A stretch of DNA of 64,000 bases from Chrysemys picta bellii (lineage: Eukaryota), in NCBI RefSeq assembly GCF_011386835.1, contig NC_088796.1:47802001-47866000 (forward strand), given 5' to 3'. The notes beneath the pieces were generated by a model. It did no database searches. It was given only the letters and a program-made list of their open reading frames with translations, and was not told where the DNA came from. Positions 52,252 to 64,000 of the stretch are shown in pieces. The position numbers were made by a program, and so were the translations under genes. Numbering within the stretch: the stretch's first letter is position 1; every line of letters starts with the position of its first letter.

Positions 52252-52536
52252 GGCCTGGTCTATACTACCCGCCTGAATCGGCGGGTAGAAATCGACCTCT
52301 CGGGAATCGATTTATCGCGTCCCGTGGGGACGTGACAATCGATCCCCGAATCGGCGCTCTAACTCCACCAGCGGAGGTGGTAGTAAGCGCCGCCGACAAA
52401 AAGCGGCAGAAGTCGATTTTGCCGCCGTCTTCACAACGGGGTAAGTCGGCTGTAATACGTCGAATTCAGCTACGCTATTCACGTTGCTGAATTTGCGTAT
52501 CTTAAACCGACTCCCCGCTGTAGTGTAGATGTACCC
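52252..52536. mobile_element. PIF/Harbinger MITE, CpG-rich
   Basis: Ends GGCCTGGTCTATACTA / TAGTGTAGATGTACCC; 3-bp TSD TTA on both sides (52249-52251, 52537-52539); about 30 CpG in 285 bp. Confidence 0.88.
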
Positions 52537-54138
52537 TTAGACTTTGAGGGGGCAGTCTTGTTACAAAAATACTAACATATATTTATCTGATCTCAATAAA
52601 ACATCTTATTATATTGTGATTCAGTGTCTCAACCTCAGTGAATGCTTCTAAGGCACGTATCATAGTGGTACAATCTAGTCCAATGGAATAAAATGACAAT
52701 AAAAATTGCTTCCCCCCCATCCCACCCCCAGTGTATAATTTTTGCATCAATGCATCTGAACTAGTGTCGCCTAATACAGTGACTCAGGTTCACTCCTTTC
52801 ATATTCTATTCTCTCCATCCTCGAGAGAAAGAGGACGTAACATAGTCACTGTACAGAGACCTGATTGAATTAAAACTGCAGAACAGTCACCATCACCTCA
52901 TTAGCTTCAGCAGCGATTCTTTGAAAGCAAGAAATCCAGATTTTGTTCTCTCCATCTGCCATTATTATTCTGCAAAAACGGTTGAGTGAGCAATAAATTG
53001 CTTTAATTTGGACAAAATCTGCATGACAGAAATCCACAAATAAGAAAACAAATGATACCCTTGTGCTTCTGCTACACCTGTTAACTTGGAGGTTACTACA
53101 CAATACATTTATATACTTCAGCTATGGTAGCTTTTTGATAGTGAGTTAGCTATCTTGTAATATTATCTCACTGTAAGATTGCAGTGGAGACGAGGCACTT
53201 TTTATTATGTGGTCGTTAGGCAAGGTCCACACGATACACCCTGCCCAGATTATCTTGCGTTAAAATACAGTTCCATGTTCCCATTAGGATTTTACAGCCT
53301 TAAATCGCTAACGCACCTTAGCTATCCACAGTTAAAAACACACCCATTTTTTAGAAGTGAAGACAAAGCCTTCAAGGAAAGTGTTGGATGTCTCCTATGA
53401 TATAGGGAATGATGGCAATAATTTGTATTGCTAAGCAAAAGTTTGTTTTTAATCATTCTGACATCAGCACTCTGCTGATCTCAGGTGAAAATGGATTGTG
53501 CCATTTTCCAGCAGCTAAAACACCCTATGGATCTAATTAAAATGACATCTTTCTGCTCCACACAGAATGTGCTCGGAAACCTGAAGAGGAGGCAGAAACA
53601 AGTCACCAACGAAGGTCTGGATTGGACCAAGACCCTTGTATTTCTTAAAATATAAGGGCATGTTACACATGGAAGAGAAAAATAGCTCCATGGAAGCTAT
53701 CAGTGGTCGTTTGGAGGGAAGATGGAATTACTCTGGCAAGTATTTTAATGTTCAATATAATGATTATGATAGCACTGAGCTGCATGTATGTGAACAGACT
53801 TCCCTAAAAATAGCTCTACCAATGTAATTCCATCCTCATCTGTAGTCCCTCTCCTCATTAGATCCTACAAGTCTAGAGACTTCCCATAACACCAATTTGT
53901 ATGGTGATTTTTAGAAGGTTGAGAAAATCCACTAGGAGCTAGAGTGACACCATGAAGCACATTTCACTTCTGTCCAAAATTGAATTTGAACCCATGATTC
54001 TGTTTTGCATTAAAATTATATAGGGGATCCAGTCAGGAATATATTCAGTCAACAGAGTGGTATATTATGACTCCATGATGATTAACTGTGAAGGGCAGAT
54101 TTTGCAGCCTGATCCTATTCTTACTGAAATCTGTAGGG

Positions 54139-54801
54139 CAGGGGTGGGCAATCTATGGCCTGCGGGCTGAATCCGGCCCATCAGGGCATTGGATCTGGCC
54201 CGTGGGATTGCCACCCGCATGGCACTGTGGGCCCCGTGCCGCTCCCGGAAGCGGCCGGCACCACGTCCCTGCGGCCCCTGGGGTGGGGGTGGGGGCAGAC
54301 GGCTCCATGCGTTGCCTTCACCTGTGGGTTCCACACTCGAAGCTCCCATTGGCTGCGGTTCTCCATGCCCGGCCAATGAGAGCTTCGGGTGTGGAACCCA
54401 CAGGTGAGGGCAGCGGGCGGAGACCTCTGCCCCCCCCACCTCCCTGAGGCCGCAGGGACATAGTGCTGGCCTCTTCCGGGAGCGGTGCGGGGACAGAGCA
54501 GGCAGGGAGCCTGCCTTAGCAGCTCAGCGGCTCTGCCACCCTGGAGCCATTCCAGGAAAGCAGCGCTAGGCCGGAGTCCACACCCTGAACCCCTTCTGCA
54601 CCTCACACCCCAACCCCCTGCCCTGAGCCCCCTGCCGCACCCCGCACCCCTCCTCTGCCCAAACCCCTGCCCTGAGCCTCTTCCTGCACACCACACTCCC
54701 TCCCACACTTCAACCCCCTGCCCCAGGCCTACATTCATGGCCCTGCATGCAATTTCCCCACCCAGATGTGGCCCTTGGGCCAAAAAGTTTGCCCACCCCT
54801 G
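54139..54801. mobile_element. hAT MITE (663 bp)
   Basis: TIRs CAGGGGTGGGCAA / TTGCCCACCCCTG; TSD CTGTAGGG / CTATAGGG; internal cccattggc motifs shared with 6262 and 9509, plus a C-rich ccctgc repeat tract. Confidence 0.92.
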
Positions 54802-56261
54802 CTATAGGGGCTTTGCTATTCTCAATAGGTTTACCTACCAAAATGCAGCAGGCCTGTGCACCTCCTTTGGTGAATTAGCAGTAGCATGCTATGAATGGAA
54901 AGGAACAAAATTAATAGTAACAGCACAGTTCAGTTCCTGCCTCCTAAGCTCCTGGCAGTGGTATTTCACAGGAATTATGGGATTATTTAAACCACCATAA
55001 TTATCCTGGATCTCTGCAAACCACTTACCCTTTCTACACATAACCTTCCATTTCCACACATCAGAACTTTACAAAACATTCATTTTAGGGGCTGAAATTT
55101 TCCATTTTTAGGAGATTTTTTTAAAGGGCTTGAGTAAAATTCCTTCAATTGTTTTTGATTTATGGGAATAGAAAAATACACTTTTTTCTGTGTTAGGAAA
55201 ATTGAAGATGCTCCTTTGAACAGGGATATGTCAATACCACCTGTGGTCAGATCCCACTGCGGATCTGTCCATTGAGGTTTGAATCTTGACAGCTCCACAG
55301 TAAGAACTGGTGTTTTTGCTTGGTTTGAAAAATGTTAAACCACAACCACAATGTTAAGACTACTAGAAAAATGCATGCTTAGCAGGAGCTAGGGAATGTT
55401 GTTAGGTGGGAGGTGAGATCCAGTGTGCCCATCTGCATACCATGGGGAACATGTACTGCTCAAATCTAATTAAGAGGCAGAAATGACTCCAAACAGACAC
55501 TGTCTCATTGTTTAGCCATTCCCTTGGGTTGTGTTTTTGGACTGTCTTTGTGTGGGTCTCCTAGTCTCATGATCCTTCAGCATGCGATTGCTGCCCTTTT
55601 TAGATCCAAGTGGCTAGTCAATGTTTGGTGCCCTGGGGATGTTCCAGTTGGAAGTAGAAATTGATGGAGTCTGGTATTCTCTGTGATGCAATCCTGTTTA
55701 TTTCCAAGGGATGTATGAAGTCCTGCTTCTCTGAACACAGGAGGAAGCAAGAACAAAAGGAGCAGTTTCTTAGCTTACAGCCCCAATGGCTCCTTAGTCA
55801 ACAGACCAAAAGCTCTCCCTCTGTCTCCAGAGTCGCACCCTGCTCAGAGGCAATTGCTTGGTTTACTTGCTTTTTGCCTCAGTTTCTATGTGTTCTCTTC
55901 CCTCCCCTCCATTCACCCCATACCCATCTGGTGACAATACCAGTGGATCCCCTCGCCCACACAGCGCAAGTTTCTGGGCAGACTCTGTTAGACCTTATTT
56001 TAGCTGTGGCCTCTTAAGGGCATGTTCACACATCGGTCTGAATAAGGTTACAAGGTTTCAGCCAGATCAACACTACATCCATGGCAGTTCAGCCATTCGT
56101 TCCTACTGGAAGGCTGCTACAGGTGAAGCAGCAATGAACTGCAGTACATTTATCTTTCTCTGTGTCCATTTTTCTTTTCTTTTATTTCTTTTAATTGCAT
56201 AGAATTCACTCCAAATAGCCTCCCATTTGCACTGAGAGAGAGAGAGTAAATTCCACTAAAG

Positions 56262-56626
56262 CAGGGTTTCTCAAACTGGGGACCACGGACCCCTTGGGGT
56301 CCACAAGACTACTCCAGGGAGTCTGTGAGTCCTAGCCAGGGCCACCAACCCCGCTGATCAACTCCTCCCTCCTCCCAGTGCCTTCTGCATGCCGTGGAAC
56401 AGCTGTTGAGGGAGGGAGTGAGAGGGAGGAGCAGGGTGGAGGTGGAAAGAGAAGGGGAAGAGGAGGGACAGGGCTGGGGTGGGGGCGGGAGGAGGTGTGG
56501 GGTGGGGCCTTGGGTGTAGGGGTAGAGTGGGGGCAGGTCTTGGGGTTGAGTTGGGGGCTTGGGGGTCCGTGAAATTTTTAAATTCAAAATGGGGGTCCTC
56601 GGGTTGCTGAAGTTTGAGAACCGCTG
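56262..56626. mobile_element. hAT MITE
   Basis: TIRs CAGGGTTTCTCAAACT / AGTTTGAGAACCGCTG; perfect TSD CACTAAAG (56254-56261, 56627-56634). Confidence 0.92.
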
Positions 56627-57817
56627 CACTAAAGAAAGATTTCATTTCCAAATACAAGGGGTGCTAGTCACATCTTTCCATTTAGTGTGCTCAGGAGTTA
56701 CATTTACTCCTGTATTTGCTGTGTCCCTCAATCCAAGAAAGAAAACACAGAAAATACCATGATGGAGGTAAGCACCAGACTGCAGTAAATGTCAAGATTT
56801 TAATCACATTTGCTGTACTAGTTCCAGTTCAGTGCTCCCCCTGTGTGGTGAAATAATGTCCTCTAGCTTACTGCTCCAGGCTGCCTATGGCAATTTACAT
56901 AATAACATCATGGACTCTTACCCTCTCCCTGAAGACTATCCAGACTCACTTAGCTGCTGGTCTAGCAGCTGCTTAACTTAAGCACATGAGAACTGACATT
57001 GTTTGTAGGATCTGAGGTGGGGTTGGGGTTTTTTTGTTTTTTTTTTTTAGGTTTACCGTTTTATGAAATAATACACAAAGAAGGACTAGTAACTTTTTCA
57101 TAGACTATTAGCCACCAAAATAAACCTAGAGAGGATGTTTAATTTTTCAATCACTAAACATAATTTTCAGCATTATAATTTTGCTCATGAAAACAATGAA
57201 TCCATTACTATTATTTCTAGATCAATAGAACAGCATCTAACACTTAGGTATGATAGTGATAGGTGTTGGAGAAAACACTGGGGTGGATGGATGGATGATT
57301 TAAAAAAAAGGGAGGGGGCAATTGTCACCTTGCTGGAAGCAATCACAACTCCACTGACGTCAATGGACTTGCACCTGATTTTAACAAGGCCCCTTTTGCC
57401 CCCCGGAGTGAAAATGGCATCATGTTCAGAAAAATATTCTCCTTCCCCCAACGTTTTAGTCATTCATCCTTCATTGCTTGATTTGCTGAGTGAAAGGTAC
57501 GGATGGGCAGATGCGATAAATAACAAGGGTGCAAAGCACACTCACCACCTGGACAATTTGGGGAGCACTTTAGGAGTTCCATAATTGTACTGGGACCCTT
57601 GTTATAATGTCACCACCTGTCTATCAGATCTCACTCAGGCAAGCTGCCACTAAAATTACTAAGAACCTCTGGCTGATTATTTTCAAGTGGGAGCTTTGTG
57701 GTTATAAACAGCACCTTTTAGTAGTCAATCAGATCTCTGCCCCTAACATTCTACTACCTTGCAGTGGGAGAACAGACAAATCTTTATGCCAGCTTCATCT
57801 GACCACGGAACTACACA

Positions 57818-57997
57818 AGTATCAGGGGGTAGCCGTGTTAGTCTGTATCCACAAAAACAACAAGGAGTCCGTGGCACTTTAAAGACTAACAGATTTATTT
57901 GGGCATCTGAAGAAGTGAGTTTTTTTACCCAGGAAAGCTTATGCCCAAATAAATATGTTAGTCTGTAAAGTGCCACCGGACTCCTTGTTGTTTTTAT
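57818..57997. mobile_element. PLE insertion made of an antisense + sense terminal-repeat pair, with a hammerhead core as the spacer
   Basis: Arms 57853-57906 / 57941-57995 (about 3 differences); spacer CTGAAGAAGTGAG(T)nACCCAGGAAAGCTT; 11-bp flanking duplication GGAACTACACA (57807-57817, 57998-58008). Confidence 0.9.
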
Positions 57998-59224
57998 GGA
58001 ACTACACAGTCCATTGGAAATTAAATTTCTTTTGTTTACCAAAGAAGGGAATATAGGTGTCTGAAAAGGTTGTCAGAAACAGCAGAGAAAGCATTACAGT
58101 GGATGTGGCTGGAAAGAATGAAATTAGTATGATCACTTGGGAGCTAAGAGGATATCAGTTATTGTGGTCAAAAGAGGAATTCACATGGAGATCATTACAA
58201 TTCAAACAGCTATTTGACCTGACTTTTTAAGAACAGAAGAAAGTAGCAGGGTGGGATTCCCCATGGAGGCCAGTGATCAGCTGGGGGTGACTTTAGCTTA
58301 ACTAACTGCCTAGAGATAGCAAGTGTTTAAATTGCAATAAGATTTGAATTACCAAGGTCAGTGATCCAACTCAGGAAGTATATTTTTAAAAGAAGACCAT
58401 GCTTTAAAATGCAATTAAAAAAATTCAGGGATGGACCCTAAGTTGGTGTATGCATCATAGCTCCATTGACTTCAAGAGCACAGCAGAAGATCAGCAAATT
58501 CCCTTTTTTCGGCATGTAACACAAAAGAATCAGCAGTTAATCTGAAAGCCAAAGAATTCCCCGAAAGACTTCCATAAGGTTAAGAAATCAGTTCTCATTC
58601 CTCAGTGTTCCTCCTGTACCAGAATTTCCGAAGTAACCAATAATAACCATTCCACTGAAATTAAAAACAAATCTGGCTGATAAAGATAACCGCTGAACTC
58701 CACACACCCTTATACTCTCATCAGGGAGTGATATGCACTTGGGTGCAGGTAGATTGCTAATGCAAAATAAAACATGTCATCATGCAGTACTATTGTCTAT
58801 AAAACCTTATTTTATTTTTCCTGTGTGCTTAAGGTTTGGCTGCCTTGGGCAGTTAGGTGAGCTAGAGTTTAAATATTATTAAAGTTTCATGATATTGCAG
58901 TCTGTCATCAATTGTAATTCAATGAATGTTGCATTCACTTTGCCAATAATGCATCTGTTCCTCTTCAGTTGGAATGATTGACTCATATCTTGTTTTTGTT
59001 TGAGTTAGACTGTAACTTCAAGCCAGTGACCTTTGGTCTGATCATGCAGACCCAAAGGAAGCCCATGCCAATTTTATGTGACTATGGTTTTCAGGATCAG
59101 ACCTTTTTACATGTGTGGTGATCGCCCAGCGCAACCACAGAAGGTGTATAATCAATAATATTTGTAACAGTGTTAATGTAAACAAGTACAATTGCTGGCC
59201 ATTGGCAGAGTATTGAAGGAGGGA

Positions 59225-59330
59225 CAAACTTGTGGAGCTGTTGCTTCTGCTGATGCTCTCGCTGTTCCACGAGTCTGAAGACTACTTCAGTCTGCAGGCC
59301 TCAATCCAGCACTGTTCAAAATAACTAAAC
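59225..59330 (+). mobile_element. Possible LF-SINE 3' fragment
   Basis: ctgttccacgagtctgaagactacttcagtctgcaggcctcaatccagcactgttca loosely follows the recalled LF-SINE tail GAGGACTTCAGTCTCCAGGGCTGTCAATCCGGCACCTTTCA. Confidence 0.4.
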
Positions 59331-59999
59331 AATAAACATTCGCTACAAATTAGCAAAGAAAATGTTTTTATTCTATACCCAGGCAGAACAAGTTGAGTTG
59401 AAATTTCCTTTCACTGTTTAAAACAGTTAATGATTAAAGGTATTCACAGTGCCACGTGTGGTAGAGGCGCAGAGTGAACTGCAGATGCCCGTGCTGGTAA
59501 ATGAACTATTTATTTTTGCAATCTGACCTCTACAGTAGCACAAGTGCATTTCACTAAGATGTGAGAGGCCTGGATGGGGGACCTGTGGATCCTGGAGGGA
59601 AGACACTATTCTTATAAACACTCATACACTGAATCCTTAGATACTCTTCTGTTGTCCAGCCTCTGAGGGCATTTGAAACCAGCATCAGCCACTTACCCCC
59701 TCTTCTAACGGTGATATAGAAATACAATAGCAACTACAAAGTGTACTATATCAAGGTGGGAATAAAAGGGGAGAAAATGCTTATCAAACATATGTGTGCG
59801 TCTCTCTTCTCTATTTCAGAAATGGCAAGGTGTAAAACAGCTACACTGTTAAAACAGTGGCTATCTCCTCAGTATATCATGCAGCCTAAGTAATATGGTT
59901 GCAGCACATTACTGAGAGTGAAAAATAATAAACCAAATATAAATCCATTTACCCTAATTAACATTCTATATTATTTAAATATTTATCCACAGTGGAACT

Positions 60000-60700
60000 G
60001 TCACTGGATGGGAGAAAGCGATGCTGTAGCCACCTACCCAGAAGGTGGGAGACCTTGGGTCCAGTCCCCCGGTTAATGAGAAGCATCATTATCACCCCTG
60101 CTCCAATGACTTTCATTATTTATTGACAGTGGAACATCTTCAGCAGAAGAGACTAAGGGAGCCCCACATTAGAATATCCCAAAGCACAGTGCACTCCACT
60201 AAGAGGTAAGAGACTCATATTCAAATCCTATCTTTGCCTCTAGCAAAGAGTGGGGAATTGAACCTTGGTCTCCCAACTCCCAGGTGAGTGCTTTAAACAC
60301 TGACCTGAAAGTTATAACATCACCACCACCTCCTTCTCCTCCAGACGACTGTTAAATGAAACCCAATCTAGTAGGTGGCCTCTGAGCACACCTACCAGTT
60401 CTGACCTTGCACATGACCTAAGTGTTCATCTGCCTAGCTTTCCCTGGTTTATGAATCGCTCTGTGATTTAAGTGGGAGATAGGTGACCAGATGCCTAGAA
60501 TGAGGCAGCTGTGCACATGCCCAGAAGAAGAAACATGGGCACCGAGGGAATTTTACCATGAGAAATTTAGGTGCCGAGTGAGTTTAGAAACCTCAGGGTT
60601 CAGTGGAAGATCTGCAGATCGCAGTGGAGCCAAAATGGGATTTTGGTACTTAGGTCTGGGGTTTAGGCATCTAAGTACCTTTGCAGATCTGGGCCCCAGA
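60000..60700. repeat. Old composite turtle repeat (tRNA-like segments in both orientations, taggtgcc/ggcaccta motifs, ends gatctgggccc)
   Basis: SINE-head-like blocks at ~60040-60070 (+) and ~60245-60305 (-); ends in the same motif as the GGCC palindromic family. Confidence 0.45.
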
Positions 60701-60774
60701 TACTAGTGTGAGGAGCACAGTATAAGAACCCACATAGAATAGAAATAGAAATATAGAATAGAATACTGTCTGAT

Positions 60775-60828
60775 CCTGCACCCAGTGAAGTCAATGGCAA
60801 CGCTTCTATTGACTTCACTGGGTGCAGG
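60775..60828. repeat. Short hairpin with perfect 21-bp stem (gaagtcaatg/cattgacttc mini-palindrome family)
   Basis: CCTGCACCCAGTGAAGTCAAT (60775-60795) is the exact reverse complement of 60808-60828. Confidence 0.9.
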
Positions 60829-60840
60829 TTACAGCCCCTA

Positions 60841-61126
60841 CAGTATGTCTACAGTTCAATTAAACACCTGTTGCTGCCCCATGTCAGCTGACTTGGACTC
60901 ACAAGGCTAAGGCTCAGGCTAAGGGGTTATTTAATTGTGGGGTAGATGTTCAGGTTTGGGCAGGAGACCAAGCTCTGGGACTCTCCCCCATCGTGGGGTC
61001 CCAGAGCCCGGGCTCCAGCCCAAGCCTGAACATCTATACCACAATTAAACAGCCCCTTATCCCACGAGCCCAAGTCAGCTGACATGGACCAGCCACAGAT
61101 TTTTAACTGCAGTGTAGACATACCCC
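60841..61126. mobile_element. PIF/Harbinger MITE, internally palindromic
   Basis: Ends CAGTATGTCTACAGT / AGTGTAGACATACCC; internal inverted arms catgtcagctgacttgg / ccaagtcagctgacatg; CTA-like flanks. Confidence 0.8.
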
Positions 61127-62718
61127 CTAGAAACCAATCCAATCTGATTGACATCCATGGGAATGTTTCCATTGACTTCCACGAGAGTTGAATCAGATCC
61201 TTTATGAGCAGGCGTGCAGGTAAGAGAGGTTACAATGGCCCACCTAAAATTTTAATCATATCTGTAACGGATTATTCTGCAGCTAAAGTGCACTCAGATT
61301 ATGAAACTAAATACACTTACATCTAAGAGCTGCCTTCGTAGTTATTTACTTGGACTATAACTGGGATTTTAAAATAAAATATTGCTTTTAAAGTAGTTTT
61401 AAATAGCAGAATGCCACTAGAGTGAAAGCACTTCTTAGTGCCTCAAGAAATCTCTTTTTCTTGTCTTTCCATTGAAGATAACCTCTGCTAATCTCTGAAA
61501 CAAGTCTACTTTGTGGATTACTAGCATTAAGCTTTGTGAGCATGCTTGGAAGCTGCAGTATTTACCTTCTAGTCATAATAGTCCACAAGAAAGCTGAAAC
61601 TGAATACTCAAATAGTAGAAAGAATTTTGATTGCATTTTGTGGAGGTGAGATAAATGAAATCCAAAGTAAATAACAGGCATTAGCTTTTAATTGTTAATA
61701 CTCCTCATATCAATGGTTAATTCTCTTGTAATCAATGAGTAATCCTATCAGTGATGTTAATACTAACAATGGTTAATTCTCCTGGAAATTGCATACCAAG
61801 TAGCTTCTTTATAAGCCTCTCCCTCTAGGTTTTCAGGACATTTGCATGATCAAAGTTGCCCCCGATTAATCTCTGCATTTCGTAAGCATATATTGAATGC
61901 TCTTGTTTTATAAAAATGTCCTGAGCATTCAGAACTCTTCATCCTAGGGAACATGTTACTCAATTATGGGGACCTGGGGCCGGAGATGTGGAAGTTTACT
62001 TCTTGTGTTTAATTTGCTTTGAGGCAGTTCGAATACTGGCAGGCAGCTGCATCTTCTCCTGCTCCAAAGGGAGGAGGGTGGGATGTAGTTAGGATTTAGC
62101 TGTCAGTAGCAGAGCTCTCTCATTGGCATGGTTCCTATTCTCCATTCCTCTCATCTCAAACAAAACTAAGTCATGGTGAGGTAAAGAGGAGGGCTCTGGC
62201 TAAGCACGGATAGCTATGATTTTCATCGTTATCTTCAAAGAAGCCAGTGTCATCACTGCCTTAGGTTTTACCTGCCAATTAAAGTAGGACAGATTTGCTT
62301 TGAGGTTTAAGGCTGACTAGCAATATAGTTTTTTCCTGGCACTGCTGCAAAGTGTGGGGAAACATACGATTCAAAGCCTTTCAAAGTTCATTATTAAAAG
62401 AATGAAGAAAAAATCACCACCTCTCAAAAACGTGCTTTTTCTCAATTCCCCAAACCTGCATGGTTTGCATCATCATGGTTCCTTATTGCTACACCTGTCA
62501 ATATTATTAGTCAGCCATTACTATGATGCCAACAGAAATGCCTCTTTTGAGAGCTGAGATCCCCCAAATCTCATTGTTTTAGCCCCTGAGCCAAGGTGGA
62601 AATTCAGTGATTTCCAGTCCCATCAAGTAGCTGGTCCTTCTGAACTTGTCTAAATACTGACCCCAAGTGGAAGACAAAGTTAAAGTAAAGTAGAATCTCC
62701 CTCTGCATGTTTTTCAAA

Positions 62719-63010
62719 TGGACAAGGTGGATGAGTTAGTATCTTTTATTAGACAAACTTCTGCTGGTGAAAGAGACATGCTTTGGAGCTACACAGAACT
62801 CTTCTTCAGGTCTGGGAAAGGTACTCAGACTGTCACTGCTAAATGACTGAGTGGCACAGATTGTTTAGCATAAGTAGTTAACACATATTGTAAGAGACTG
62901 TTCAAGGTGAAATAGACCGTTAACACCTCTGCAGTTATAGGCCAAAAAGGGAGATTAGTGGGTTACAGATTGTTGTAATAAGCCATAAACCCAGTGTCTT
63001 TATTAAGACC
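62719..63010 (-). mobile_element. PLE family B 3' fragment (ORF end + terminal repeat with degenerate hammerhead)
   Basis: Minus strand encodes GLNKDTGFMAYYNNL*, a PLE-type GLN C-terminus, then CTGAAGA-agagttctgtgtagctc-CAAAGC; homologous to 592-735. Confidence 0.75.
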
Positions 63011-64000
63011 ACAAGTTTTTTATTTTTTCAAACAGTAATTTCAGCTGGATGGTTAAGAGTTAACATTTATTTCACACAATAAGTCAAAATCACCCCTGGT
63101 GTAGCTACATTGGATTCAATGAGAGCTACTAGGTGCTCAGCAATTTTAAAAATCTGGACACTTATCTGTGCCTATAAAAGTATTTAAGAGGCTTGCTTTA
63201 GGACCCCACTTAAGAAAATCTTAATCTATATTTAGTATTCTATATTAAACATTTCTATCTATTTACATTGGCTTCAGCAATAGTATTGCATTAAAATATG
63301 GAGTCTCCAATTAAGAGCTAGAGTGTGCCATGAAGGAAGAGTCCTAAATAGAAGAGTGGTGCAAGTGTGCACCATTCCAGCCAGAGTTGGGAGAGGCATT
63401 GCTAATATCACCTAGAATTCGTGGGGAGCAGAGCTATTGAGCTATCCTTTAAGAAGTGTAGTATGCACTGGCCAGCTCTGCTAGTCAGTGCAGAGGCAGA
63501 GGGGCATCTGATTCTGCCTTAAGCAGCTTTTGAGCTCAGAGGGCATCAAACTGTGGTTAGCTCTTGGGGATTCAAAGGATTCGACAGTGACCAGCCCCAT
63601 AGGTGGACATGCAAGGGCTCTTCACATCTTCCCCCTTTGCACACCCATGCAAAAGTTGACCAGGATTGGACCCTAACTGGTTAGCTTAATGTATATACAA
63701 TGGTTTGAAGGTGTAAAGCACTGTATATAGCTTAATTCTGATCAAATCTTACTCTTTTATATCCTTTATCGTAGGCATCAAACACCCCCTTCCTGCCCAA
63801 TAGAAAAAAATGCCATATTGCCTTCTAGAATGAAGACTTCCATGCATGATTTAAAATCTTCACTGAGTTCTATGAAAATTCATGTTGGGATATTTTTAAC
63901 CTTGTAACCTTTGAGTCACTGCAGTAACTTTACTTTGAAATCTTCAAACGAAAGGAAATAGGTTGGTATTTCATTCCCTTCTGAGCTCAATAGTCTGTTT

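Noticed and set aside
54065-55000. 200-aa, 171-aa and 124-aa ORFs
   Set aside because: Almost entirely products of the GC-rich hAT MITE 54139-54801.
57135-57584. 149-aa ORF
   Set aside because: Crosses a palindromic repeat relic (57340-57410); no recognisable domain or splice structure.
1-64000. CRISPR arrays, operons or other prokaryotic systems
   Set aside because: No regularly spaced direct repeats and no dense coding structure; the sequence is eukaryotic repeat-rich DNA.

Overview
Non-coding vertebrate genomic DNA, almost certainly from a turtle (Testudines). The taxon call rests on a tortoise-type tRNA/CR1-tail SINE, turtle-type Penelope-like elements (PLEs) and abundant GC-rich hAT MITEs. 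I cannot support any host protein-coding gene, tRNA, rRNA or CRISPR array, so the window looks like a large intron or intergenic region. The only recognisable protein is a 5'-truncated Penelope GIY-YIG endonuclease reading frame (33557-34132, minus), plus a decayed CR1 ORF2 tail. The window holds at least 9 hAT MITEs (8 with readable 8-bp TSDs), PIF/Harbinger MITEs, six PLE pieces (four with hammerhead-ribozyme-type cores), CR1 and L2 tails, MIR/CORE-like, HE1-like and LF-SINE relics, and a solo LTR nested in a MITE. Two observations stand out. (1) A ~340-bp local inverted duplication (38673-39019 / 41292-41625) contains a 100-nt perfect core and brackets two well-punctuated exon-like units. 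(2) A PLE insertion (57818-57997) has its inversion junction exactly at the predicted hammerhead cleavage site. Repeat family names come from my recollection of consensus sequences, not from a database search.
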